A stretch of DNA of 64,000 nucleotides from contig CAVWGN010000001.1 of NCBI GenBank assembly GCA_963754655.1, positions 448,001 through 512,000 of the forward strand. The letters are read 5' to 3'. Position 1 is the stretch's first letter; the number at the start of each line of letters is the position of its first letter. Below the pieces are notes generated by a model. The model did no database searches, was not told the origin of the DNA, and saw nothing but the letters and a program-made list of their open reading frames with translations. The DNA is from an uncultured Chlamydiae bacterium (GTDB lineage: Bacteria; Chlamydiota; Chlamydiia; Chlamydiales; Parachlamydiaceae). The translations under genes were made by a program, and so were the position numbers. Positions 8,901-18,780 of this stretch are shown piece by piece.

Positions 8901-11900
8901 CAAAAGTATAAGTGCCTATTTGCGTCGGAGTTCCCGAAATCGAGCCCGTGGGATCCAAGTTTAAGCCTGGAGGAAAAGTTCCGCTCAATACACTATATGT
9001 AAAAGATCCCATATATCCAGCTTCTTGAGCCGTTAGCTGAATTGTTGGTGTATAGGCAGCTCCTACAGTACCATCGTGCACAGCAGGATTGGAACTAATA
9101 GTAATGGATGGACAAGCAATGTTTATGGTATACGACACTGACCCGACACAGCCATTGAGGTCTGTCGCCTGAATAGCAAAACTATAAAAGCCCATATGCG
9201 TCGGAGTTCCCGAAATCGAGCCCGTGGGCTCCAAGTCTAAGCCTGGAGGAAAAGTTCCGCTCAATACACTATATGTAAAAGATCCCATATATCCAGCTTC
9301 TTGAGCCGTTAGCTGAATTGTTGGTGTATAGGCAGCTCCTACAGTACCATCGTGCACAGCAGGATTGGAACTAATAGTAATGGATGGACAAGCAATGTTT
9401 ATGGTATACGACACTGACCCGACACAGCCATTGAGGTCTGTCGCCTGAATAGCAAAACTATAAAAGCCCATATGCGTCGGAGTTCCCGAAATCGAGCCCG
9501 TGGGCTCCAAGTCTAAGCCTGGAGGAAAAGTTCCGCTCAATACACTATATGTAAAAGATCCCATATATCCAGCTTCTTGAGCCGTTAGCTGAATTGTTGG
9601 TGTATAGGCAGCTCCTACAGTACCATCGTGCACAGCAGGATTGGAACTAATAGTAATGGATGGACAAGCAATGTTTATGGTATACGACACTGACCCGACA
9701 CAGCCATTGAGGTCTGTCGCCTGAATAGCAAAACTATAAAAGCCCATATGCGTCGGAGTTCCCGAAATCGAGCCCGTGGGCTCCAAGTCTAAGCCTGGAG
9801 GAAAAGTTCCGCTCAATACACTATATGTAAAAGATCCCGTATATCCATCTTCTTGAGCCGTTAGCTGAATTGGTGGTGTATAGGCAGCTCCTACAGTACC
9901 ATTGTGCACAGCAGGATTGGAACTAATAGTAATGGTTGAACATTGAACGGGGATGGTATAAGTCATAAAACCTACACAGTTAGCTGTCGTGTCTTTTGCT
10001 TCAACGACAAAAGTATGAGGATAAGGGCTTAGGGGGGCTGTTGGGACTCCTGTAATCTCACCATTGTCGGGATTCAATTGTAATCCTGGAGGAAGGGTTC
10101 CTTGTACCACACTATACATATAAGGTCCCGGTGTACCGCTAGCCGTTATCTTTACTGTTTCTGAACCTGGTGGATAGGCAACTCCCACCAAACCAGGTGG
10201 CAGCATCTCATTTGTTGGAGTAAACGTTATTTCTGGACAAGTAATGGTTATGCTATAAGGCTGGGGGTCGCCTGAACATCCATTTACATCTGTTGCCGTA
10301 ATATCAAAATTATAAACACCAGAAGTAGTCGGATAACCCCCAATCAACAAAGAAGTAGTCTGCGCAGGGAATCCGGGTTGAGGTGATGGGTATAAGCCTG
10401 GGGGAAGAGAACCGGTTACAGTAAATTTATAAGGTGCTGTACCTTCACCTACCACAGGAGTTAACGTTTGGTTATAGAGAGTGCCCACAGGGCCAGAAGG
10501 TAGAGTAGGTGGAGTGAACGTAATGTCTGGTGGACAAGTGTAAGTGGTGATTGTATAAGAGATCGTACCCTCACAGGAATCAGGTCCCGCACTTATCACC
10601 GTGAAGGTAAACGGATATGAGCCAACAGTGGTGGGTGTCCCGCTAATGATTACGTTCGAATTGTTGGAGGGGTCAAAGTATATTTTTAAGTCTGGAGGCA
10701 ATTGGCTCGGACCAGTAGGTGTAAGCAATGCATAAGGTGGCGAACCTCCTGAAAGCATTATTGTTTGAGAATAGTATACTCCTACCTTCGCATTTGCCAG
10801 ATTAGGTGTAGTTGGAGAGGTCGTAACAGTACAACCCACCTGCATCCTTAACGGTTTAATAATTTTTCCCACTGGAATGGAGGCTTTTGTAGTCGCTTTA
10901 ACGAGTTGATCTGAAACGGAAACATCCCAATGATCGCCTAGAGGAAGCATACGGGTTGTTGCGCTAGGCAACCAATCCTTGAATGTAAGGGTTCCACTTG
11001 TTGGTTCTATTCCATGGTTACCCACAGTTAACGTGTAGGTTTCATTTTGTTTATCGTTTAAATGCGCAAATTTAGCATTGGCTAGTGTTGTGTCTTCTGC
11101 CACAGAGTCAAACAAGGACACATAGTCCGCTGTGCCAATATTAACAGCTCCGCCTCCGCTCACAATGGCTTGGTTGGTTAAACTTGATGCATTTGTATGA
11201 GACGTCATGTTTAGGATGATCGGCGCGCTTTCTTGTCCAGGAGCTAAAATTTTCGAGCTTGTGCAGGTGATGACGTCTTCTGAACAATGAATTGTCCAAT
11301 CTGTGCCGCTACCTGAAATAAAAGACAAACCGGTTGGAACTTTATCGGTTACCACAACAGGCGTTCCATTTGTCGGTGCCGACCCGCTGTTTATAACAAT
11401 TAATTGATAAGTCTCCTGTTGATCGTCGGAGTTTTTTGTAAGATGAGTATTAAGGAGAGTTAAACGAGATTGGGGAACTCCATCCACTAACGTCACATCG
11501 GAAAAAGTTGTAGTGGGAATGTCATTGAGAGTCGCAATGATGTTGCTGGTCACACTAGGTATAGCTTCAGGAGCAACAGAAACAATGAGAGTCAAAGGAG
11601 GCGCACTTTCGCCAGCTGCAATAGAATTCAAATGGAGACAAGTGACAGTTTGCCCTTCTACTTCAAAAGTCCAATCTTGACCGGTTGCATTCATAAAAGA
11701 CAACCCTTTGGGCAAAATGTCTACGATCTTAAGACTTCCATTCGTTTCAATCGATCCTTCGTTGCGAATTGTCAAGGTATATTCTTTTAGATCGCCAACC
11801 ACAAAACTGCCCATTTGAGACTTGGTCATGACCAAGGTGGATGGAACATCCATAAGCGTTTGATTTAGCTCATTCAATTTAGCATTCTTCTGTGAAGAAC

Positions 11901-12096
11901 TGGTTAACTCCCCACGCGTAGTTTCAGATGTTATCCCCTGAAAACCTTCATTTAAAGGTTCCGGAATGATTTTTTGGGAATTTTCTAGAACAGAAAACTC
12001 TGGCGAAAGAGAGGAGTGTAGACTATCTAAAACCGAAAGAGACAATACCGAAAACAATAAAAATAAAATGATCTTTTTGAAAACAAGTGGGTTCAT
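5971..12096 (-). CDS. Giant secreted/surface protein with 2-3 DUF11-like domains and 17 putative Ig (He_PIG-like) repeats
   Basis: ATG at 12096 followed by a hydrophobic signal; LPPGL..G.ISGTPT..G.Y.F repeats counted 17 times; N-terminal YTLTIRNEG..IVDILPKGLSF modules. Confidence 0.88.
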   Translation of the reverse strand: MNPLVFKKIILFLLFSVLSLSVLDSLHSSLSPEFSVLENSQKIIPEPLNEGFQGITSETTRGELTSSSQKNAKLNELNQTLMDVPSTLVMTKSQMGSFVVGDLKEYTLTIRNEGSIETNGSLKIVDILPKGLSFMNATGQDWTFEVEGQTVTCLHLNSIAAGESAPPLTLIVSVAPEAIPSVTSNIIATLNDIPTTTFSDVTLVDGVPQSRLTLLNTHLTKNSDDQQETYQLIVINSGSAPTNGTPVVVTDKVPTGLSFISGSGTDWTIHCSEDVITCTSSKILAPGQESAPIILNMTSHTNASSLTNQAIVSGGGAVNIGTADYVSLFDSVAEDTTLANAKFAHLNDKQNETYTLTVGNHGIEPTSGTLTFKDWLPSATTRMLPLGDHWDVSVSDQLVKATTKASIPVGKIIKPLRMQVGCTVTTSPTTPNLANAKVGVYYSQTIMLSGGSPPYALLTPTGPSQLPPDLKIYFDPSNNSNVIISGTPTTVGSYPFTFTVISAGPDSCEGTISYTITTYTCPPDITFTPPTLPSGPVGTLYNQTLTPVVGEGTAPYKFTVTGSLPPGLYPSPQPGFPAQTTSLLIGGYPTTSGVYNFDITATDVNGCSGDPQPYSITITCPEITFTPTNEMLPPGLVGVAYPPGSETVKITASGTPGPYMYSVVQGTLPPGLQLNPDNGEITGVPTAPLSPYPHTFVVEAKDTTANCVGFMTYTIPVQCSTITISSNPAVHNGTVGAAYTPPIQLTAQEDGYTGSFTYSVLSGTFPPGLDLEPTGSISGTPTHMGFYSFAIQATDLNGCVGSVSYTINIACPSITISSNPAVHDGTVGAAYTPTIQLTAQEAGYMGSFTYSVLSGTFPPGLDLEPTGSISGTPTHMGFYSFAIQATDLNGCVGSVSYTINIACPSITISSNPAVHDGTVGAAYTPTIQLTAQEAGYMGSFTYSVLSGTFPPGLDLEPTGSISGTPTHMGFYSFAIQATDLNGCVGSVSYTINIACPSITISSNPAVHDGTVGAAYTPTIQLTAQEAGYMGSFTYSVLSGTFPPGLNLDPTGSISGTPTQIGTYTFGIQATDSYGCVGSMQYTIPIKCPVITITPSPTSPLTSGTVGKPYPPLPGETVQITPEDGTPPYTFTVTSGALPPGVELNPANGMISGTPTRAGTYSFDILVKDFYNCTASVTYTLPISCPPITISSSIPIPAGTVGSPYPPGDTPLQISASITGVTPTPYYTLWVASGDLPPGVEFNPANGMISGTPTKAGNYSFDIEARFFDNCLASATYTIPITCPLITITSPPSPLSSGTVGTPYTPVQIVATEEGYTGSFTYSVLSRTFPPGLVLDPTGTISGTPTQMGDYSFDIQATDSNGCVGSKQYTIHIKCPTITINPPTSTTLTAGTVGMAYGPVLIEPSEGEGTLPYTFTVTSGALPPGVELNPANGMIWGTPTSAGTYSFDILVKDFYNCAASVTYTLPITCPTITITPPTLTPPPGGFVVGTPYGPVRIIPSIGGITPPYYTFSVANEDLPPGLKFNPANGEISGTLTKAGTYSFDIEVQAFDNCFASITYTITVNCPNIALVAAILDAGYVGEPYSALISGHGGTPPDTFSFISGSLPPGVVLDPTTGVISGYPTQMGIYTFDIEETDRYGCIGTRTYTIPINCPIISFITPSPLPSGPVGMFYSTTINVSGDPLSHTFSVINGSLPPGLHLNPNSGIISGIPTLAGPYSFTIEVLDSDNCSAAMTYTLLITCPIISLTTPSPLPNGTLDTPYSTTIAASGGSMPYTFSVISGFLPPGLVLTSTTGVISGIPILAGTYTFDVQLTDAFGCVSIVAYNITINCPGGTLGLISPTTGLVGIPYSSGSSLTVSGGASAYAFSVINGSLPPGLVLSGSGTTTPVISGIPTRVGTYAFTIIAETGPGCVGSQTCCALSENVSLTIYCPTITLDPICRPVGELKTYYETSVQASGGTAPYTYSVSSGQLPPGLVVNTVTGIISGIPAKLGVYGFTVTAIDHNGCVGSQNYSIQIKRKESCFHKKHKPRPSKRKYSYRMK
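8930..9935 (-). repeat. Near-perfect 276-bp (92-aa) tandem repeats within the Ig-repeat gene
   Basis: GCAGGATTGGAACTAATAG recurs at 9083, 9359, 9635 and 9911. Confidence 0.92.
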
Positions 12097-12569
12097 GAGT
12101 TTCACCTTTGTTAATTCTAGAAACAGTAGCCTTCGCAGGCGCTTTTTAATCAATTGATGCTGTCTTGTATAAAATGATCATAAGAATCAACATTCAAATT
12201 CTTCATTTTTTGATAACCCATAAGGCTAAGCAAATCGGTTATTCATAGAGTAGTGCTTTTCCAACTTTATGCCCGGCTTTGAACAGCGATGCCAAAACCG
12301 TTGATTTTCTTAACAGATTCATTATCAAAGCAAATGGATTTGAATAGTCCATTTATAGAATGGGTTCTCATTTAACTGAAAGCGAGTTTATGATCATACA
12401 ATAAGAAAATGCATGTAACATAAATTTTTAATTTTAAGCAACAAATTTTTTTAAATTGAATGTCAAAGCGAGGTTGTAAGAAATATGAAAATGGCTTGAT
12501 TGATAAATATGTATGTTAAATATGACGAATTTTGACTCATGCTACGCCACTAACGTCAAATTTGTTTTG

Positions 12570-12640
12570 TGGGTACCGTGGGTTTCGGCTTGCGCCTACA
12601 CCCACGGCTACTATCCATGCGCGGCTAACGCCGCTCGTCG
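12570..12640. repeat. GC-rich REP-like hairpins
   Basis: CCGTGGGT...ACCCACGG and GCGGC..GCCGC stems in AT-rich intergenic DNA. Confidence 0.45.
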
Positions 12641-12725
12641 CTGAGGGAAAGGATATGGATCACAATATTGTATGCTTTCAACTTTTAGATTTATCTAATG
12701 ATTCTTTTCGACCTTAGTCTTTAAT

Positions 12726-15551
12726 TTAACCTAAACCAAACCATTCCTTCTTAGCTTTAGTGTAAGAATGAGGATCAATTTGCTTTGTTTTGACTTGGGA
12801 CATGCGTTCATCTGTCCAAAGTCGGTAATTTTGAGCAAAGTCAGAAGAGGCATATTTTTCGGCAAGCTGTTCGTGTTGTTCATATTTTGCCATATCAGAG
12901 TAAATAACAGTGTAAAGAGGCGCTAACATCTTGTGATAAAAAGGATTGCGCGGTTGATATTTCACGGCCAATTGAAACTCTTTGATCGCCTCATCATAAT
13001 CGATTATCCAATCCAATAGCAAACCCTTGTCAAAGTGCAAGGCTGCATGTTCAGGCTGATAGTTCAAGGCTGTATCGTAGTAAGTTAAGGCTTGTTGAAT
13101 ATCTGCTTCATGTTGTGTTTGGTGTGTTTTGATTGCCTCCTTTTTCATTTCCTTCTCAGGCTGGGGCAATAAGCAGCGTTGAATTGAGTCATTGGCTAAA
13201 GAGCGATAGATTTTGACGAGCGTTTCTTGGTAAGATTTTTCCATTTTTTCCACGTTGTCGAATCCATCGTCCCAACATGCTTTTAAATTTTCAGCAATCT
13301 CTAATAAGCCTTGAGAAAAGAGATCTTCTTCTTCTTTTGCCTTTGCCTTGCTTTTTTTCAGTTTCTGATACTTGTCTTGAGCTAAAGTCAGAGTAAGTTG
13401 AAAATATTCTTCCTTATAGTTTTGATTTTCAGGCTCTAATTCATAAGCACATCTCAGGCAGGCAAGAGTGGCTTCATATTCTTTGCGTTCAAACAATTGT
13501 TGTGCTAATTCACTGAAAGTTGTAGCGGGTAATTCCAACTCTTCTGCCCAGGCTTGTTTTTGGATATCATAGTAAATAGAAATAGCGTCGTCGTAGCGCT
13601 GGTTGTCAATGCAAAGCTGGAGGAGCTCGATCAGATAATCTCCTTTTTGGTGTAGAGCTTGAAAAGCTTTTTGGTAATAGACAATGATCTTATGTGTATC
13701 GCGTAAAAGGACGCTGCGCTGCTTTTCTGCTTGAGCAGCAGCAAGGCAGGCATCAAACAGTAAAGAAGCATAATGATCAGGATCAATAGAAGCGGCTTGT
13801 TCTAAATTTTTAATGGCTGCGTCATAGGGCACTCCTTTGAAGAATCCCGATTTGACTTGTAGATGCGTTTGTCCAATGCGAGCTTGCATATCGGCCATGC
13901 GTTGCTGGCAATCCTTGCGTTCTGCATCAACTTGACAAAGGGGCAATCTTTGCGCAAATAAATCCAAGCTTTCTTGGTAGAGGTTCTTGGCTTGATTGCG
14001 ATCGGAGCCCCAATAGGCGTCGCCAATTTTTTGTTTGAGATAAGGATTGGTGTAGTGCTCTCTTTCCCAGTCATCCAATTGAGACTTAAGAGGGCTCCAA
14101 TCGCCATGATGGATCGCCTTATCTAAAGCTTGAATTTTGATATCTGCATCATCTTTGAAAAGATTGACAATCTTCTCCAAGCAGGCATGAGCCTTTTGAT
14201 TGAGATGAGCTTTGAAGTATTGTTCAATGCATTCCATTGAAATTTGACTGATTTCAGTTTTCCATTTATAACAGCTCTGTTTGGTCGAGAGTGCTAAAAA
14301 TTTGCTCCACTGTTCTCCATAAGTTGCAGCAAAATTTGTAGGAGATGCTTGCCACTGTTGAGCATAGGCTTCATAAAGATCGTCTTGGTAATCTGTCGCA
14401 CTAGAATCTGCTTTTACAGCTAACGATAAAAACTTAATAGCCTGCGTCACACTACTGTTTGGAGTAAGCTTCTTTAAATGGACCCTTCCTAATCGATGGT
14501 AAGCAGAGCCAATTTGTTTGTGATGAGAACTCAATTTTTCTGCCTGCTTTTGGTAGCAGCTCACAGCTGCTTCATAAGCTTCCATTGCTTCTTTGAATTG
14601 ATTTAATTGCCAATAGGCGTTGCCTATGTCGATTTGTATCTGCAAGTCGTTTGAAAAAGCTTTTTGCAATTCGATTAGCAAGGGCTCGGCAGAGCTGTAT
14701 TCTTTATTAAGTAAATATAATTTACCTATCTGAAGACGCAGTCTAGCATTTTTAGGCTCTATTTCCAGGGCATGCTCCAGATGGGTAATGGCCAGATCAG
14801 GGAGGGCGTTCTCAAAAGCAGTTGTTCCAAGTTCCAGCCAAAATTCTTGAATTTTTCGTTGCTGTCCTGTGATTTCATAAGATTCTATCTCCCGCAATTG
14901 CTCAGCAAGCTTTTCTTGAAATTCAGGCGAGTCATTTTTGAGGTCAAAAGCCTTTTGTAAATAAGTAAACGCTAAAGTCGGATTTGCCTGGTTCACAAGA
15001 GCGTTCTCAGATAACTGCAAAGGAGCATCACCAAAAAGAAAAAGATTTCTTGAATCAATCAGTGAGGAGGAAGGTGTGCATAAACGGGTCCAAAAGCCAG
15101 GCCGCAAAGAAGCTGCATGGCAGCGATGGTAATCAGTCAAAATATCCCTCAAATGACTCAGATGGTCAGAGGTTGATTCAGCGGGATATTGATGGTGATC
15201 ACTGACTGCTTTAAATAATTGATCAATTGCCGCATCAAATTTTTCATAAGGATAGCTTATGCGATAGCGTAAACGTTCAATTTGTTTATCTTCTAGAAAC
15301 CCATGAGCTTCCCCATAATAAATAAATTTTAACCAGGCTGCTTGGATGCGATGATGTTGAGTCTCATTCGTTCCGCAAAGAAAACCTTTGATTATTTCCA
15401 TTATTTTTCCAATGATATTCAATCGGACAAAACCGTCATCTGTCGCGGCGACATATGTTTCCTCTTCTAACAAAATCTCTAATTGATCATTAAATTCCGT
15501 CGCACTCCAAGATTTGGAGTAGCAATCTTCTCTTTGCTCAGGATAAATCAT
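12726..15551 (-). CDS. Large tetratricopeptide-repeat protein
   Basis: Many TPR-like units (ALEIEPKNARLRLQIGKLY, ALNYQPEHAALHFDKGLLL). Confidence 0.8.
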   Translation of the reverse strand: MIYPEQREDCYSKSWSATEFNDQLEILLEEETYVAATDDGFVRLNIIGKIMEIIKGFLCGTNETQHHRIQAAWLKFIYYGEAHGFLEDKQIERLRYRISYPYEKFDAAIDQLFKAVSDHHQYPAESTSDHLSHLRDILTDYHRCHAASLRPGFWTRLCTPSSSLIDSRNLFLFGDAPLQLSENALVNQANPTLAFTYLQKAFDLKNDSPEFQEKLAEQLREIESYEITGQQRKIQEFWLELGTTAFENALPDLAITHLEHALEIEPKNARLRLQIGKLYLLNKEYSSAEPLLIELQKAFSNDLQIQIDIGNAYWQLNQFKEAMEAYEAAVSCYQKQAEKLSSHHKQIGSAYHRLGRVHLKKLTPNSSVTQAIKFLSLAVKADSSATDYQDDLYEAYAQQWQASPTNFAATYGEQWSKFLALSTKQSCYKWKTEISQISMECIEQYFKAHLNQKAHACLEKIVNLFKDDADIKIQALDKAIHHGDWSPLKSQLDDWEREHYTNPYLKQKIGDAYWGSDRNQAKNLYQESLDLFAQRLPLCQVDAERKDCQQRMADMQARIGQTHLQVKSGFFKGVPYDAAIKNLEQAASIDPDHYASLLFDACLAAAQAEKQRSVLLRDTHKIIVYYQKAFQALHQKGDYLIELLQLCIDNQRYDDAISIYYDIQKQAWAEELELPATTFSELAQQLFERKEYEATLACLRCAYELEPENQNYKEEYFQLTLTLAQDKYQKLKKSKAKAKEEEDLFSQGLLEIAENLKACWDDGFDNVEKMEKSYQETLVKIYRSLANDSIQRCLLPQPEKEMKKEAIKTHQTQHEADIQQALTYYDTALNYQPEHAALHFDKGLLLDWIIDYDEAIKEFQLAVKYQPRNPFYHKMLAPLYTVIYSDMAKYEQHEQLAEKYASSDFAQNYRLWTDERMSQVKTKQIDPHSYTKAKKEWFGLG

Positions 15552-15740
15552 AAATTACTCATTTAATAATTATTATTAATTTTGTTAGTTTCTAATTTAT
15601 ATTAAAAATGAAATTTTTTACCAGTAAAAATAGTTTAAAATGAAATAGATCAGATGAAATATAAATGATTTTTTGACAAGAGAAAAACTACCACAAATAG
15701 CATAGGATTTGCTATACCAGTAATCATAAAAGCTGTCGCT

Positions 15741-16373
15741 AGTACTCAACCACATTATTTTTTGCCTAGTGGAACTGCTTGAAAGCTCCGCGGTTGGGAT
15801 GACATGATTCTCTTGTAGTCCTTTCAGACTACATGAAGAGGGCTAATCTAACCCAGGGCTAGGGTGTTCATTTTGTGCAAAAAATGAGCTTTATATTTCA
15901 CAATAATTGGCATAGTTGAATTGAAGGTCGCATGTTTATGCCGTCCTTTCAGGACTCGATGTCTTTTTGATAGAACCCAGGCCTCCGCTTCGCTGCGACC
16001 TGGGCTGTAACATGACGGCCCTTCAGGCCTTAACAAAAAGATGATTTAGGGACTATAGAAGAGGGACTTAAACATCTCTTGTTAAGGCCTGAAGGGTCGT
16101 CATGTTACAGCCCAGGTCGCAGCGAAGCGGAGGCCTGGGTTCTATCAAAAAGACATCGAGTCCTGAAAGGACGGCATAAACATGCGACCTTCTATTCAAC
16201 TATGCCAATTATTGTGAAATATAAAGCTCATTTTTTGCACAAAATGAACACCCTAACCCTGGGTTAGATGAGCCTTCTTCATGTAGTCTGAAGGACTACA
16301 AGAGAATCATCTCATCTCAACCCGGGGTCTCTAAAGCAGTTTCAATAGGCAAAAACTAATGTAAACGAGTACT
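15741..16373. repeat. Outer imperfect palindrome (REP doublet) hosting family A copy 3
   Basis: AGTACTC..TTTTTGCCTA..ATGATTCTCTTGTAGTCCTTTCAGACTACATGAAG is mirrored on the right of the element. Confidence 0.75.
15860..16255. mobile_element. Palindromic element family A, copy 3
   Basis: 396 bp with the same ends; left flank ACCCAGGGC, right flank ACCCTGGGT. Confidence 0.88.
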
Positions 16374-16413
16374 AAGGTAAGACACGTCTAAGCAAATAGG
16401 AGCATACAGATTT

Positions 16414-17142
16414 ATGGAACACAAGCCACCTTTTCGACGGGTCTTGCTCAAGTTATCGGGTGAAACCTTAATGGGCAGCCAACCTTTTGGAATTTATCAA
16501 GAGGCTTGTATGCAAGTTGCCAATGATTTGTCTTTTTTTCATCGTAATGGAATTCAATTGGGAGTGGTGATAGGAGGCGGCAATATTTTTAGAGGAATGG
16601 ATTTAAGGATGACAGGGATGCCCAGAACGCCTGCTGATCATATGGGAATGCTGGCAACGGTACTTAATGGGCTTGCCCTACAACAAGCCTTGATGTTGCG
16701 CGAGATACCTGTTTGTTTAATGAGTGCTTTAGAATGCCCGAAGGTGGCTGAACCTTATAATTGGACGAAGGCTTTGCAATATTTAGAAGAGGGAAGCATT
16801 GTCATTTTTGTGGGGGGAACAGGTAATCCTTACTTTACGACCGATACAGCCGCTGCTCTGCGTGCCAGTGAAATAGAAGCTGATGTTTTGCTTAAAGCGA
16901 CTAAGGTTGACGGCATTTATAATAAAGACCCTCTTACACATCCAGATGCTGTTAAATATGACACCATTTCTTATTCCCAGGTTCTTGCGGAAAAATTACA
17001 AGTTATGGATGCTACTGCTATTGCTTTGTGCCGCAGTAGCCAAATTCCCATTTTTGTTTTCAATATGCGTCGTTTAAATGAAGAGCCTCTAGAAGAGGTG
17101 TTAACGCAAATTCAGAAGGGCACATGGGTCAGTGAGTACTAG
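16414..17142 (+). CDS. pyrH: UMP kinase
   Basis: RVLLKLSGE, VIGGGNIFRG, GTGNPYFTTDTAAALRA. Confidence 0.98.
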   Translation: MEHKPPFRRVLLKLSGETLMGSQPFGIYQEACMQVANDLSFFHRNGIQLGVVIGGGNIFRGMDLRMTGMPRTPADHMGMLATVLNGLALQQALMLREIPVCLMSALECPKVAEPYNWTKALQYLEEGSIVIFVGGTGNPYFTTDTAAALRASEIEADVLLKATKVDGIYNKDPLTHPDAVKYDTISYSQVLAEKLQVMDATAIALCRSSQIPIFVFNMRRLNEEPLEEVLTQIQKGTWVSEY

Positions 17143-17187
17143 CCCATTTTGAAAGAAGTGTAATAAAAACGGAAACGAGGAGATACT

Positions 17188-17739
17188 ATGAGTATTCTTG
17201 ATCAGACTAAAATCAAAATGACAGCTGCAATTGAACATTTCAAAAATGATTTGAAAAATATTCGAACAGGCCGTGCTAATCCAGGAATGGTTGAGCATGT
17301 CATGGTAGAAATCTATGGCAGTTCCATGCGTTTAAAAGATATTGCGTCGATTACAACACCTGAAGCGCGTCAATTGCTTATTACTCCTTTTGATCCACAA
17401 AATTCATCTATTGTGGGCAAAGCAATTGAAAAGGCGAATATTGGATTCATGCCCATTGTGGATGGAAATACTATTCGCATTAACATTCCTCCTATGACAG
17501 AGGAGTTGCGCAAAAAAATGGCAAAAATTTGTCATGAAGAACGAGAGAAAACAAAGGTTAGCATTCGCAATATCCGTCGAGATGCCAATGAGGCTGTACG
17601 CAAGCAAAAAGCAGATGGAGAAATTGCTGAAGATATGATGAAAAAGTTAGAGAAAAATATTCAGGAATTGACAGATAAATTTTGCAAAGAAGTGGATGAG
17701 CTTTCCGAAAAGAAAGAAAAAGAAATTTCCACAATTTAA
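17188..17739 (+). CDS. frr: Ribosome recycling factor
   Basis: [27 protein letters not shown]. Confidence 0.98.
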   Translation: MSILDQTKIKMTAAIEHFKNDLKNIRTGRANPGMVEHVMVEIYGSSMRLKDIASITTPEARQLLITPFDPQNSSIVGKAIEKANIGFMPIVDGNTIRINIPPMTEELRKKMAKICHEEREKTKVSIRNIRRDANEAVRKQKADGEIAEDMMKKLEKNIQELTDKFCKEVDELSEKKEKEISTI

Positions 17740-17845
17740 AGCTTGCACAAAAATAAGGGCTGAGCTACGATAAAACCTCTTCGATTTCAAAATCGCGGAA
17801 AAAAGCTTGATCCATAATCGAGAAGATTATATTCAAGATAACGTT

Positions 17846-17920
17846 GGCCCCATCGTCTAGTCAGGTCTAGGACACCGGATTTTCATTCCGATAACAGGGG
17901 TTCGAATCCCCTTGGGGTCA
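17846..17920 (+). tRNA. tRNA-Glu (TTC)
   Basis: GGCCCCA acceptor stem, anticodon loop TT-TTC-AT, GGTTCGAATCC T-arm. Confidence 0.95.
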
Positions 17921-17924
17921 TTGC

Positions 17925-17998
17925 GAGTCTTTAGCTCAGTTGGTTAGAGCACCTCACTTTTAATGAGGGGGTCGATGGTTCGAGTCCATCAAGACTCA
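17925..17998 (+). tRNA. tRNA-Lys (TTT)
   Basis: GAGTCTT acceptor stem, TAGCTCAGTTGG D-arm, CCTCA-CTTTTAA-TGAGG anticodon arm, GGTTCGAGTCC. Confidence 0.95.
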
Positions 17999-18204
17999 AA
18001 ATTCACTTATCAAATTCCCGTCAATCAACATCCGATGAACAGGCGGATAGAAAAAAAATCATCTTAATTGCTTTTTGAAATCTCACTTGCTTTCCACACT
18101 ATAATTTTTTATACTAGAAGTAATACTCGATTTTTTAAATCATTCGATTAATTAAAAGTCATGTAGAAAGAGCACCAGCATGTATCATTTAAAAGGGATA
18201 TTGA

Positions 18205-18780
18205 ATGTTTGAAAAAAACCCCGAGAAACATTTCCCTGAGCGTCCTTTAGAGTGTGGTGAATGCAAAAAACCCATCGCCATTCGCTATACGGAAATTGTA
18301 GGGGATTCTATTACACATACGAGCATGTGCGCAGATTGTCCTGAATTGCAGCGACGCTTACATGGAACAAATCCTCAAGAATTGGTCGCCAATCAAACAG
18401 GGAGTATGGCGGGTTTAGCATGTGGAAATTGCGGAACAACATTAGAAGAAATCAAAAGAGGGCACCGGTTGGGTTGTCCAGAATGCTATACTGTTTTTGA
18501 GGATGTTTTATTAATGGAACTGCAGTCTGCCCATCGTCTGCCTCTCCGGATTTTACCCCCTAAAAAAGGCGTTCCCCTTCACATCGGACGCTCGCCAGGT
18601 GAAAGATTGGCGATTAATCCTTCTTCGCGTTTGTTAGCCTTAAACGAAGCTTTAAAAGACACACTGAGTCGTGAAGATTATGAACAAGCTGCTTGGCTTA
18701 GAGATCAAATTAAAGAATTAACTGAAAATATAAAAGACCAAGCTGAGGATAAAAAAAATGAGCCCCCCGGACAAAAGTAA
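18205..18780 (+). CDS. mcsA: McsA-like protein arginine kinase activator (CxxC motifs, UVR domain)
   Basis: CGEC, CADC, CGNC, LGCPECY, EDYEQAAWLRDQIK; overlaps mcsB. Confidence 0.9.
   Translation: MFEKNPEKHFPERPLECGECKKPIAIRYTEIVGDSITHTSMCADCPELQRRLHGTNPQELVANQTGSMAGLACGNCGTTLEEIKRGHRLGCPECYTVFEDVLLMELQSAHRLPLRILPPKKGVPLHIGRSPGERLAINPSSRLLALNEALKDTLSREDYEQAAWLRDQIKELTENIKDQAEDKKNEPPGQK

Noticed and set aside
17846..18000. tRNA pair as a prophage or island integration site
   Set aside because: No integrase and no duplicated tRNA 3' end seen in the window
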